Source: Elsinoe ampelina
Lineage: Eukaryota
Assembly (NCBI GenBank): GCA_010093995.1
Contig: ML992522.1
Coordinates: 1 to 64,000 of the forward strand
DNA: 64,000 nucleotides
Reading direction: 5' to 3'
Shown here: one piece after another, positions 52,346-64,000 of the stretch
How positions within the stretch are numbered: position 1 is the stretch's first letter
How the letters are laid out: the number at the start of each line of letters is the position of its first letter
Program-made: the position numbers and the translations under genes
The notes under the pieces: generated by a model
What the model was told of the DNA's origin: nothing
The model's database searches: none
The model's input: the letters and a program-made list of their open reading frames with translations, nothing else

Positions 52346-53383
52346 TGTGAGGTGCTTGACGTTGTACTGAATGAATGAGTGAATGCTGAGATGAAGCAGC
52401 CAAAAGTGCAGAGAAAGTCGCGGCGACGTTTGGGACGAGCTTGCGGCTCAACTCGAGCTGTTGTCGGATTGACCAATCAGATCGACCACTCAGGACTGTA
52501 GCTCAAGCTCTTGAAAACAGGCACAGAGGACAACATTGAGACGAGCAGCTCAAATAATCATCAAAGGAAACATTGATTGACTCTATAATTATCCAGTCAC
52601 AACCGTGCATTCGCCCCATGATCATGACCAGACAGCAGGAAACAGACCTCCATCTGCCTGCCATTCAGCAACGCGGTTTCGTCCTCAGAAACCCCTTTTT
52701 AGATGATCCGTCCACAAGGAAAAGAGTCAGTCTGACCAGGGATAGCTTGAATAAAGACCGTGTGCTCGTCACCATATCAGAAGCGATGACGACGTGCTTT
52801 CTCGTTTGTGGCATCCTACGCTCGTCGATGCCATGCTCGCCTTCGTACAGAGAGTGTAGATCGATTGGTATCTTGTAGTCCATTCACAGTCTTCATCCGA
52901 GTCGTTCAGGCCAGATAGGAAGTAGCCGTCCACCCCGTATTCCACACCCACAAACCGCACCAGCCCCACCAGGGCAGCTTTTCTCATCGTGTCTGTGTTC
53001 GAGACAGACACCAATGACGCATAAATCAACTGAAAAAAAAAAGACAAGAGAGACAAGGTTGTGAGCAATCCGTATGCTGTCCTTGAAGATATCATGGCTG
53101 AGAAGCCTTCCCTCCCCATGTTCCGTAGAAGACCGAGATGGGAGAACGCCTATGACGCATGAGTCGCGGACAGCAAGAAAGAGGTCGGCAGAGTCGGGAG
53201 AGCAAGAGTGTGATCGAGTTCATCAAGGTCGTGCGTCCGTGGTCAAAAGACGAGTCTTCTAACAAAGATCCAGATGCGCCGCTAGTATCACATGGTCACA
53301 TATACTTTTTTTGTTTTTCTTTTGCCGGTGGTGTAACGGATGTGCTGGTAATGAGGATACTTGGTCGAGTGGACTGGACCCGC

Positions 53384-54916
53384 TCAGTCCAGACGGGCCA
53401 TCATCTCGTCCTTTGAGAGAGGGGTGAGACTGTCGAGATTGAGGCCCTTTGCCGCCAACACCGGACGCATGTGCTGAGGGACAAGCTGCTGGTTGAGCTG
53501 AGTGGCGATAGACAGTTCTGAGCGGGTTAGCTGGATTGTTCAGACATGAAGAAGAATGCTTAGCTCACCATGAAGGGTAAAGTTGAAGAGCTCTGGAAGA
53601 TCCTTGCTGCCACCATTGGAGTGACGTGAATCCGGGAGACGGGTGTTCGGATCCCGCAGCTCATCGAAGAAGGGGTGAACCATGGCCTCGATCGCTGACA
53701 GACGCTGAGTGGGGGTATACTCGAGCAGTTTCGAGATCAGGTCGATGGCATTGGCATCAGCCTTACGGAATACCTGAGACGGATCAGCAATTGCGAAGTT
53801 AAACGTGACACGGTCACTGACCTTGTTGAAGGGGTGTGGCTTGATCTGAGGAAACTTGTGCTCCATGTAATTCGGGTTCATAGTCCTGATTTGTTCCCTC
53901 GTGGGCGTTCCGAGAACTTTTATGATCTCGACAAGCTGATCAATACCCGACTCTCCTGGGAAGAGTGGTTGACCCAACATCAACTCTGCCATGACGCATC
54001 CTGTCGACCACACGTCTGTTTTATTTGTCAGCCCAGCTCAATTCGCTCAAGCACTATTCCTTACCAATCTTTGTGGTGTAGTTGGTGGCCCCGAAGATCA
54101 GCTCGGGGGCACGGTAGTATCGCGAGCAGATGTATGACACGTTCGGCTCATTCTCGACCAGAATTTTTGCACTTCCGAAATCGCACAATTTGAGGATACC
54201 GCTGTTGGGGTCGAGCAAGAGGTTCTGGGGCTTGATGTCACGGTGGCAGATCCCTTGCGAGTGGATGTATGCGAGTGAGCGGAAGAGCTGGTAGATGTAG
54301 AGCTTGACCTCGAGGATGGGCATGGTTGTCTTCATCTTGTTGAAATAGCGGGAGGCGCGGTAGACGGTCTCTGGGACGAACTCAAGGACCAAGTTGAGGT
54401 AGACCTCATCCTTCTGCGGTAGTGTCAGCCAGCAAATCGGTCGAGGAGGGTGAATTTATACGCACGCGCTCTCCGTTGGAATAGTAAAAGGCCTTGAGCT
54501 CGACAATGTTGGGATGACGGACGATGCGCATGATCTGCAGCTCACGATTCTGTATATGTGTCAGGCCGGCCGTATTGCGCTTCTCTCTGCCAACACAATC
54601 ATACCTTGAAGCGCTTGTCCTGAAGCACACGCTTGATGGCAGCATCTTCGCCCGAGGGAGACAGCTTGGTCTGAAAGACAACGCCAAATGAGCCATTGCC
54701 TACAATCTTGCACTGAGTGTATTGCATCTCTTTTGTCTCCCCCGTGACGCCATCCTGCACCTTTTCGCGGACTACCTCTGTATTGTTGTCAGCTGGTGGG
54801 GAGATGGTAGAAGAGTGATGGTCAATGGCAGGTTCGTTAACCCCATCGCCATCACCCGGGTGAGTCATACCACCCATGCGTAAGTTTGAGAAGCCAGAAG
54901 GTCTATTCTGCGACAT
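53384..54916 (-). CDS. gsk3: Glycogen synthase kinase 3, multi-exon
   Basis: [58 protein letters not shown]. Confidence 0.97.
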
Positions 54917-57360
54917 GCTTGAGCTGCAGTGGTTGGAGTATCAAGCCAGCTTGGTGGGAGCTGGTTGGTGAGCTGTGGGGAGGTCGGTGTGAAGTCGGCG
55001 GCGGTGAATGTGAGGATTGCTTGGTTGGTGCACTCGACCCGTCCGTGGCGGGCAGATGTTTGTCCCACGGTCTGTCGACCGTCTAGAGCTCTTGAGAGGG
55101 GCTGTTAGTGATGAAACAAGTTGTCGAGGCGCAGGGTTCAGGGCAGCGACAAGCAGCGAGAGCAGCAGCGCAGCAGCAGCAGAAACGGAGCGGATGTGCG
55201 GATGAGCAATGTCGAAAAGTCGTCTCGGAGCAGCAACAGCGACAATGTGAAGTCGCAAAGTTGGTCAGGTGGGATGTGACGACAGAGGTGGGGGGTTGCT
55301 GAGTGAGGAAAGTGAGGTCCGGCCGGTGTCGTGTGGATTGTTGATCGGGTTGAGCGAAGAGGTTGAGAAGGCGGTGCGCACAAGGCAACTCGTCTAGGAG
55401 AATTGAACAATGCAATTGGACGAAGCCGAGAGGGGAGGAGATGAGAGCAGTCGAGTCGATGAGATGTCGAACACTTGGGAGAGCTTGGAAGTGCAAGTAT
55501 GGACGAGAAGGTGTGTGTGCGAAGTGTGAAGCACCAGTTCGACCAGACCCCCGCAGCGTCGTTTGTGTGTGAGACTCTGGTCGAGAGACGAGAGACGAAA
55601 GAGATCAGCTGCCTCGACTCGATTGGCTAGTCTCCGTTCGCCTCACAGGCCCGGAGCTTGGACCCACTCACGGCTACGCCTCGATGCTCTTCCTGTCTTG
55701 TTTTTGGCCGTAGAGGTCGAAAGAGTGGTAGAGGCACCTGCAGCTGGAAAAGTCGCCGCTTCAGATGGGGCAAAGGTAAATACCTAATCAGATGTGTGCG
55801 GCTCTGGTTGTAGATGTGGATCTCAAAGATGAAGGTGAATTGGGTCTTATCCCGCTCTAGACAGATCTCTGCAACAGTCCAATGGGTGGCATGTGTCACA
55901 AGAACAATAGACAGAAGGCAGCAGACAGGCAGACAGGTGTCAGCGGTTTCCACTAGAGTGGTGGCCTCTCGTTCTTCGTTGGACAATAACGTGGCATGTG
56001 CCTGTCCGGCCATGGTATTTCCTTCTCGACCCTGGCTGGTGTCTCACCCTGCGCACCTCGACCTCGCGTAGCTATGTAAATACTGGACGTAGTGCACAAC
56101 CACTCTGCCCTGAACCGTTCGTCGTCGGGTCTCAGCTGCAGGTGCACGACGAGAATCTGATATGACCGCGTCAACGTGTGGACACGTGAGGGTACGGAGC
56201 TGGTAGCATGTTTCAGCTGGGCTGACGTCGCCAGTGAGGGAGAGCAGGGGAGTGAGTCTATCGACATTAAACTTCTTCGTGGTCATCTTATGCCGTCAAC
56301 GAGCTTTCATTTGCCCATGGCATTGTCGCATCAACGAATCTCCGCTATCGATCTGACAATTCCACGCCATGATGTTGCTTGTCTACCGTCAGCGGCTCTC
56401 ATTTCGATACGGCGGCAGCGGAAATGCGCATCAAATACCCCTCTTTGAAGCTGTCATGTATTGGGACGGGTGGAGCCTCTGGAGGCTAGTGGCTGTGGGA
56501 CTACCAGATGTCGACAGCTTCATGTTGAAGGGGAACAGTCAGTGGATTTCTTCATATGTTATCAAACGTGCCATATAGCTGGAGCCTGTTCAGGAACCCT
56601 CTCGTGCACTCGTCAATCACTCCCAATCACCTCCAATTGCAGAGGATGCATCTCTTCATCTCGTCTCTCCCTTTTGACCCGTTACGTCGGGCTCTCTCCT
56701 CGTGACCATGGCCCGCTCCACCCAAAACGCCAAACCAAACGGGTCCAATCAACGACTCCAGTCCAGTCAGGCCCAAAAATGCGCCGGCAATCCACAGCAA
56801 ACATGTCGTGCCCATGACAGGCGTGCAGACATGTCCAAGCAGGTCCTATCATTTTGAAAATCAAGGAGGTCACACGCAGCCATCCTCCCGCAGCCATCCT
56901 GAAGCTGTATGCAAACTCTCTCAGCCGAACTCCTCCATGCCTCCCACTTCCTCCTAGCACACGACATGCAGGAACATACCAAAACAAGGTTGGAAATCCA
57001 GATCTGTTCAACCAATGGCAGTTCCGATGTTACGAAGCGTCCCAAAGGCGGCTGAAAATCGTGTCGGGCACCTGACCTTTTTTTACTGTACTTGCATTTT
57101 ATGACTAAGCATCAATTCATCGCTTAGTCGTCCTACAACAGCATTGACCAGCAGAAGCAACCATTGAACCACCTCCTTTGAGATCGTCGATTCAACAATT
57201 CTTGCATGATCGGGAAATAGCAAGATCTGCAAGATCAGTCTTTTCTAGTGCAGGAAGCAAGACGGCGGACAAACAGTGCTTGATTCATTGATCTGTTCTG
57301 CACGTCCAAGCGGTCTTCATATACCCAATGACACGAACGAGAATCCAGTGACCCAATCTT

Positions 57361-58300
57361 CTACAGCTTCTTCAAAATCCTCTGCCTGTTCTTCTCGTAC
57401 GCCATGGTCACGGAATGCGTTGGCAGAAGGGCATCGAAACCGTGCGGCAGGCCTGGATGGACATGGCTTTCGACTTCGATACCTGCATCGACGAACCTTT
57501 GCACGTACCGAAGGTTCTCCCTGACGAATAGGTCGAATTGACTAGTATCAAGGTACAACGGTGGTAAGCCTGCCACATCGCGGACCCGCGCTGGGGCGGC
57601 AGTAGCAGGCACATTGTCGCCTTCCGGTGGCTTACCGAGATACGCCGTCCACCCTGTAAGATTATCCTCTTCGTCCCAGAGTTTGAAGTCGCCCGGCACA
57701 TCCCCAGTGGTGCGGTCGTCCAGCATAGGGGAGCACAGGATCTGCCGGGCGATGGGGGGGGATACCCTGGAGGCGGCCGTGAATGGCCAGTGCAGCAGCG
57801 AGGCCACCACCTGCGCTCTCGCCCATCACTGCAATTCGAGCCAAGTCGACGTTGAGGATGGAGGCGTTCTTATGGATCCACGCCAATGTTGCGCAACCAT
57901 CATTGAATGCCGCCGGATATGGATGCTCGGGAGCAAGGCGGTAGTCGACCGAGAACACCTGCACGCCGGTTTCCAGAACGATACCAGCCAGTCTCTGGGT
58001 ATTTATGTCCGCTGACAAGGTAATGAAGCCTCCTCCATGGAAATGTATGACGGCCGCTGAGGGACCACTCTGGGCCTTGGTCTTGAAATGATGTATTCGG
58101 ACCTGCTGTCCATGCGGGCCGGGGATGGACAATATTTCAAAGGCGACGCCATCCGGTATCGTCGGTTTGACGCCGCCCATGGACTCATAGCGTGCCCTTC
58201 GTCCTTTGACGTCGTGCAGCTTTGGTCTCTCAACGCCGATCTGGCTTTCGAGAAATGGCGCTAAAGCTGTGACAAACTCTTGGTCGACTACGAGCACCAT
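57361..58300 (-). CDS. HSL-family alpha/beta hydrolase (esterase/lactonase); frameshifted in this sequence
   Basis: HFHGGGF, VDYRLAPEHPYP, GESAGG in one frame; PMLDDR, D..E and HGF catalytic region in another. The frames meet at the G8 run 57754-57761. No intron apparent. Confidence 0.88.
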
Positions 58301-58440
58301 GTTGACGTCCGGTGGCGTGTTGTTACTTCAGTAGGGACGACTGGCGCTAGGAGATTGAGAGCTGTGCGCGAAGATTGAATCAAGACAGTACAATATAAGT
58401 TCCAGGGCACTTGGCCGCGCCTACTGATCGGCGCTGATTT

Positions 58441-58668
58441 CCGGACGTCCGGCCCATGGTGGGCATCACTCGTACAGCATACCGGAAATACGAGGCGGCT
58501 GAAAAACTGGCCTTGACCTAGCAAACATCATCCCAGAGATCGACCTGGTGATCTCCAACGGGATGGACTGCTTCAAAGCAACGATCTGTACCGCAATCCG
58601 AGCCCACGGATGGTGGGCGTACTATGGATAATCGTTCGGCCTTTTGTGAGCCCCGGACGTCCGGCCCA
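58441..58668. promoter_or_regulatory. Two exact copies of CCGGACGTCCGGCCCA (12-bp palindrome core, CGG-N4-CCG); candidate Zn2Cys6 sites
   Basis: Copies at 58441-58456 and 58653-58668, plus partial GACGTCCGG at 58304-58312, in the esterase/BVMO divergent intergenic region. Confidence 0.65.
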
Positions 58669-58946
58669 CAAAGGGTCTGCATCGTATAGAGACATGTAAG
58701 AGGCGCCTAATTGTGTGTGATACCATCCGGGTTTTCGGAGGCTTGGCGTGATGAAGCTCCGTCGAGTCGATTGCCTTCAGCGCCATGCTACGGACGACCA
58801 AATGAGTTGCCCAGTGCGAATACAGTACCAGTACAAAGACTCTTCAGATGAAGAATATAAGTTCCGTGTTTGCGGACTGCTTGTGGATCGCCCACTTACA
58901 GGTATGCCTTTGTCGTAAGTCCAGCATTGTTCGATACTTCCACGAC

Positions 58947-60618
58947 ATGGCTTCGTCATTCCCAAACGCCGTCAACGTGATTGGTGGTACCCAGCGCATC
59001 TCCGTCGATGTCGTCGTCATTGGCGGTGGGTTCGGCGGCTGCTACGCACTCCACACGCTGCGCAAAGCTGGATACAAGGTCCGACTAATCGAGGCCGGCG
59101 GCGACTTTGGAGGGGTATGGCATTTCAACAGATATCCAGGAGCCCGTGTCGACTCTGAGGTGCCCCTCTATCAATTGAGCCAAGCCGATACGTGGAGCTC
59201 ATTCAACTTTCCCGAGCGCTTTCCGGATCATGTTGCGCTTCGGCAATACTTCTCGCACATGACAAAGGTCCTGGACTTACACAAGGATGCTGTATTTAAA
59301 TGCCAGAGTGGTCGAGGCAAGGTACAATCCTGAGTCGAGCCAATGGACACTCAAGACGGACAACGGCATAGAGAGCACTTCGTCTTATGTCGTCTTTGCT
59401 ACCGGTACTACTAATGAACCGTTCATCCCTCAATTCACCGGCTTGGATCAATTCGCGGGACAGATCATTCACCCTTGTCGTTGGCCAAATGATCTTCAAC
59501 TTCGTGGAAAGAAGGTGGGCATTGTAGGTCAGGGCGCATCCGGCTTGCAAATACTCCAAGAGCTGGCAACTGAGAAGGTTGGAGCTGATCTCACAGTCTT
59601 CGTTCGCAATCCTCCCACAGCACTTCCAATGGTGCAACGCAAGATCTCACGCACCGAGTCAGAAATCCAGAAAAATGCCACCCGCCTCCTGTTCGAGCAT
59701 GCCAAATACAAAGATCAGTCTGGCTACGGTTACGACCTACCAAGTCAATCGTTCTATAAAACTAGTCCGGAGGAAAGGCAGAAGCATTACGATGCCCTCT
59801 GGGCTCGAGGCAGTTATGCCATCTTGACATGTAACTACCCGGAGATCACATACGACAAGGAAGCAAACGCCGAGCTGTATCAGTACTGGGCCACATCTGT
59901 CCGAGCCCGCATTCACGACGCCAGAAAGAGAGAGATCATGGCTCCACTCAAACAGTTCCAGTGGATCGGTACCAAGAGGCCGAACTTGGAAATGGATTAC
60001 TATGAAATGATCGATCGACCTAACGTCAAACTTGTCAATCTGAAGGAAGAAGCCATCGATAGCTTCACAACGACGGGGCTCATCACAAGACGCATTGGGC
60101 AAGACAAAGGTGTTACCACTGAACACAAGCTCGACGCCGTCATCATGGCTACAGGGTACGACTCTGTTACCGGGAGTCTGTACGAGATGAACATTATCGG
60201 CAAGGACGGGAAGAAGCTGCAGGAACACTGGAGCCAGGGCATCAGAACATACCTCGGGATGATGGCGCCCAGCTTTCCCAACATGTTCATGCTGTACGGC
60301 CCTCAAGCGCCGTCTGGGTTGGCGAATGGCCCTCCTTTTCTTGAGCTGCAGGTGGACTGGATCCTTCGTTTCATGGAGAGACTCAAGGCCGAGGGGTCCA
60401 CCACCTTCGAGGTGAAGCTAGCCGCCGCCCAGGCGTATGTGCAGAAGAACCTCGACGTCTACAGCCAGTCTCTGGCAAAGGATACGCCGTCATGGTGGAA
60501 CGGAGCCAACATTCCCGGGAAAACAAGGGAGCCCTTGTTCTGGGTTTGCGGGCTACAAGCTTGGAGGCGGGAGACGGAAGAGGCGCTGGAGAAGTGGTCG
60601 GCCTTTGAATTGAAGTGA
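58947..60618 (+). CDS. Type I Baeyer-Villiger monooxygenase (cyclohexanone/steroid monooxygenase-like); frameshifted in this sequence
   Basis: VIGGGFGG, GGVWHFNRYPGARVDS, fingerprint FAGQIIHPCRWP, VGQGASG, ATGYD. One extra base at TTTAAA (59295-59300) separates the two ORFs. Confidence 0.92.
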
Positions 60619-60893
60619 AACAGCGTAGCATGCCGCTTCTGCAGACATTTCCTACTACGTCGCACCCGACGACATCTACTGTATAGGCTCTTTTCGTCAT
60701 TTGAGACGTGCTAGTGCTCAGCTCAACCCTCTCCAGTGATTCGACCACGGATATCTGTTGTCAGCGAACTGTTTGCTACAACAGGCAGTCGTTAATCACA
60801 TGGCTAGCAACTTCCGGACTGAAGTGGTCTCTTTTAGCAGTACATTACGACTATAGATCTCGCCACCAGGCTCGAATACAACCGACGTCTCGA

Positions 60894-61655
60894 TCAAGCC
60901 CAGCCCCCGTTGACCTCGATAATTTGGCCAGCGATCGAGGATGATCCTGGGCCGAGAAGAAAGATGGCTGTATCCGCAATCTCCTCTGGCTCCGACATGG
61001 TCTTATATGCCCCCGTGTATTTGCCGTCGACAGGTGCTTGGTACCGGTTGGCGATCATGGGAGTATTGACCTGCCCTGGCCCAATTGTATTCACTCTGAA
61101 CCCTGCAGGACCCAGTTCTTGTGCCAACGCCCTGGTGATGCCGTGGACCGCATGTTTGCTGGCCACATAGGCGGTCATGTATGGAATCCCTCTGACAGAA
61201 GCCATGGATCCGATATTGACAATGCTTGTTGTGGTCTTGCCGTACCGAGCAGCGTCTTTAGCTCGGAGTGCGAGAAGATAGGCATGATACTCGGTGATCA
61301 TGTTCCATACCCCCATGACGTTGACTTGCCAGCACGCGGCAAAGTTCTCGTCGCCCTTGGAGTCCGTGGTGCAGGCTCCGTCTCGAAGAAGGCCTGCGCA
61401 GTTGACGAGTCCATCCAGCCATATGTCGCGCTGCTGCTCGGCCACAGCTTTGAAGACGGCCGCCACCGCGGATCGAGAGCTGACATCCACTTTGGAGTGA
61501 GAGACGTGCTTGCCGGGATGGTCGTCAAGAGGTGGTATCTCCGAAAGGTCTATGCTGTGGACAGTAGCAGATTGATCCAACAGCTTGACGACAAGAGCTC
61601 TGCCAATGCCTGACGCAGCTCCCGTCACTACGAAGACTTTGTTGTTAAGGGACAT
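60894..61655 (-). CDS. Classical short-chain dehydrogenase/reductase, ~253 aa, intronless
   Basis: TGAASGIG, VNCAG, IVNIGS, YVASK, RVNTIGPG, EVNGGW. Confidence 0.93.
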   Translation of the reverse strand: MSLNNKVFVVTGAASGIGRALVVKLLDQSATVHSIDLSEIPPLDDHPGKHVSHSKVDVSSRSAVAAVFKAVAEQQRDIWLDGLVNCAGLLRDGACTTDSKGDENFAACWQVNVMGVWNMITEYHAYLLALRAKDAARYGKTTTSIVNIGSMASVRGIPYMTAYVASKHAVHGITRALAQELGPAGFRVNTIGPGQVNTPMIANRYQAPVDGKYTGAYKTMSEPEEIADTAIFLLGPGSSSIAGQIIEVNGGWA

Positions 61656-61860
61656 GTTTCGAAAAATGGGTGCCGCACGGCTGCCAAAACACATGGAAGA
61701 GTGACGGACTTAAGTCGAAGAGCAGACCATATTGTTCGAGAAAGGCTCACTGCCAATACCTCGGGGTTCCATGACCGACATGGCATGCACGGCGCGTGTA
61801 TAAGCGGTGATGGACGAATGTGGTCTTTCCATGCCCTTCACTACCAAGGGTCGCTTGAGT

Positions 61861-61984
61861 CGGGGTTTCGGCTTTCCGGAGTACGCCGGCGACACCCACA
61901 ACGCCACCCTCTCTCCATACAGTAAAAGCCTGTCGACCTCCCTTCCCCGGGACCGACCATCATAACCAAAGCCCGAAAATCCGG
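61861..61984. promoter_or_regulatory. CGG-N5-CGG motifs (CGGRKTTTCGG) in the SDR/TF divergent promoter
   Basis: CGGGGTTTCGG at 61861-61871 (+) and CCGGATTTTCGG at 61973-61984 (-); a matching CCGGGTTTTCGG lies at 58727-58738. Confidence 0.55.
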
Positions 61985-61996
61985 TGCGTCCTAACA

Positions 61997-64000
61997 ATGC
62001 AGGGTCCTCACACTGACTTAGCGGCGAAGGCTGTAAGTCAAACCCCCTCTTTCTCCAGTCCATCAATCATGCCCAGAAATACTGACAACCTGATCCGCTA
62101 GTGCGATCGATGTCGCGTCAAAAAGGTAATCTACTGTAGCACTTGCCATCTGCTTGTCCGCCGCTTGGTCGGGCGTGTTCGTCAACGACTGATCACTTCG
62201 AACAGCTCAAGTGCGACCGCGGATCGCCATGTTCTATATGCCGGGAGCGAGACCTGACTTGCACAAAGTCGCCTAGAGTGGCAAGACCAAGGCGTCGACA
62301 TCAGCCGGTATCAGCAAGGAAGTCGGTAGTCCCGCTCCTCAGGTCTATCAGGCCAATCTGACAGCTTTACTGACTATCGTGAAGCACGGGTGGGACGACT
62401 TCTCCGAGACCACAATGGGAAGCCGCGCATGGCGCCGGTTCGCTTCCAACACCATCAGGTGCGACTACATGTCAGGGTTTCGAGCCAGCAGTGGCTCGTC
62501 GCACGTCCTCGTCAGCAGCAAGACCATCCATCTCGGGGTTCACGGGTGCTTGCACCGATGGGGATGAACGAACGTCTCCACGACGGCAAAGCCCCTGGAA
62601 TGCCAACCGAACAGTCAATTCCCTGGCCTTCGTAGAAGGCCCAACTTCGTTGAGTGCACATTCTACCATGGCCATGAGCTTCCTAGACAGGGTGGTGGTC
62701 AATGACAGGCAACAAGGTCATGACATCGACACCCGATCTTTATTACACGGCCTTGAACAGATGGTCCAGGCGATCAGGATGCACAAAGTTTTGACAGATG
62801 AGTTTTCCGATATGACCAGGCAGACACCTTCCAGCGATCGCAGAGGCTCAATGCCGCCCATCGAGGCTTCTGTGGCCGCTATAGGAAAGGCACAAGGTAG
62901 GATCTCAATCATCGAAGCCAATTGAATTCAAAGTATATTGATCGAGGCTGAAATATGAATAGCCACCGAAGCTGTCGTCCTGTCATTCATCGAAACCCTT
63001 CTGTCTGGCCGTGGATTATCAGATCTTTGCTTGCGAGTCTACTTTTCTAATGATCATTCCGAAGCAGACTACATCATCTTAAACGCTGCTCTGAGGTGTG
63101 AGTATTCCACCATGGCTATTCCTCACCTGAGACTGCCGGCTGAGGATTATAGTCTTTTTTGACAAATCTATGACCAGCGACGACGATACTGCTGCGACCA
63201 AAATTGCAGGAGAGCATCAAGCGAGGTGTCAAAAGAATCTTGAGATGGCAATTCTCGCTCTGCCGCTACACATCGTGCCAACACACGAGATAGTCTTGGC
63301 TCTTGTTCTTGGGGTTAGTTGACTCAGACATCTGGCTTGGAACGTATAATGGCTGACTGTTTCGAAGGCGGTACATGCAGTTGATGTACTCAAGCCGCAC
63401 TGGGCATGGACGCTTATAACAACGGCATATCAGGCTGCTTTCTCTTTAGGATGCCATCTGCGCAAAGGTCCATCGTCGACCTTCTCGGAAAATGCGAATC
63501 CTGCTGGCCTCCTGTTCTGGGTGATATACTTTATCGAAAAGAACTTGTGTTTGAGGCTCGGACGGCATTCAATCATACCCGACGGGGAGATCACAGTCAC
63601 ATTACCGGGCGGTAGTCCTGGCATGGAATATGCCAGAACGGTCATTCAGCTGGCCGGTGTGGCGGGAAAGATCTACAAACAGTTGTATGGACCCGAGGCG
63701 CAGGAAGCCCTCCAACAACAGCAGCAACTTCCTGTGCAGGAGCTATCTCAAGAGCTACAAGACGTGTCCGCAAGATCTCAGGAAGCTCTGGTGAGTACTC
63801 CGTCATGCATCTCGATACGTCAAAGCCAGATCCATTGCCCCATTTCGTTGATTAATCCATCTGCCATATCGACCGACTGTATGTTTATCCGAGCAGTGTG
63901 CTGACTTTCAGGTAGCGAGTATGGCTTCGATTCAACAAGAGTCCTGGATGGAAGGACACGATTGAGTTCTTATCCTATTCAGATACCGTGCTCCTGCATT
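61997..64000 (+). CDS. Zn(II)2Cys6 transcription factor with fungal-specific TF domain; runs off the window end
   Basis: Exons 61997-62032, 62102-62125 and 62206 onward splice to KA-CDRCRVKKLKCDRGSPCSICRERDLTC (C-x2-C-x6-C-x5-C-x2-C-x6-C). Later EGPTSLSAHS and IYFIEKNLCLRLGRHSIIPDGEIT segments. Confidence 0.9.

Noticed and set aside
52769..53119. 116-aa hydrophobic ORF downstream of gsk3
   Set aside because: Hydrophobicity derives from low-complexity T/C runs; probably 3' UTR.
54917..57360. ORFs and (CAG)n-like microsatellite upstream of gsk3
   Set aside because: Low-complexity 5' UTR/promoter sequence; no supportable gene.

Overview
Eukaryotic DNA from a filamentous ascomycete (Pezizomycotina; short GT-AG introns with CTRAC branch sites). 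Left edge: RIP-damaged, AT-rich end of an LTR retrotransposon (polypurine tract plus a 142-bp LTR). 1.0-19.8 kb: a compact secondary-metabolite cluster of two cytochrome P450s, a trans-acting enoyl reductase and a 6-exon, ~4083-aa PKS-NRPS hybrid (KS-AT-DH-cMT-ER0-KR-ACP-C-A-T-R). Its gene set mirrors the tenellin core, but the C domain lacks the catalytic His (HSxxxDG) and the A-domain pocket is not Tyr-like, so the product is not predictable from known clusters. A broken beta-propeller gene remnant follows it. 20.7-55 kb: mostly housekeeping genes (RFX factor, putative GPI-anchored orphan, laccase-like oxidase, striatin, BMT2, Cip2/PIN4, TIM8, LSG1, BBE-like oxidase, MTO1, CBP80, GSK-3). 57.4-64 kb: a second four-gene cluster (HSL-type esterase, Baeyer-Villiger monooxygenase, SDR, Zn2Cys6 regulator) resembling an alcohol->ketone->ester->acid catabolic module, with shared CGG motifs in both divergent promoters. 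The esterase and BVMO each carry a homopolymer frameshift (assembly error or pseudogenisation). Exon models were read by hand and family assignments come from motif recognition, not database searches.
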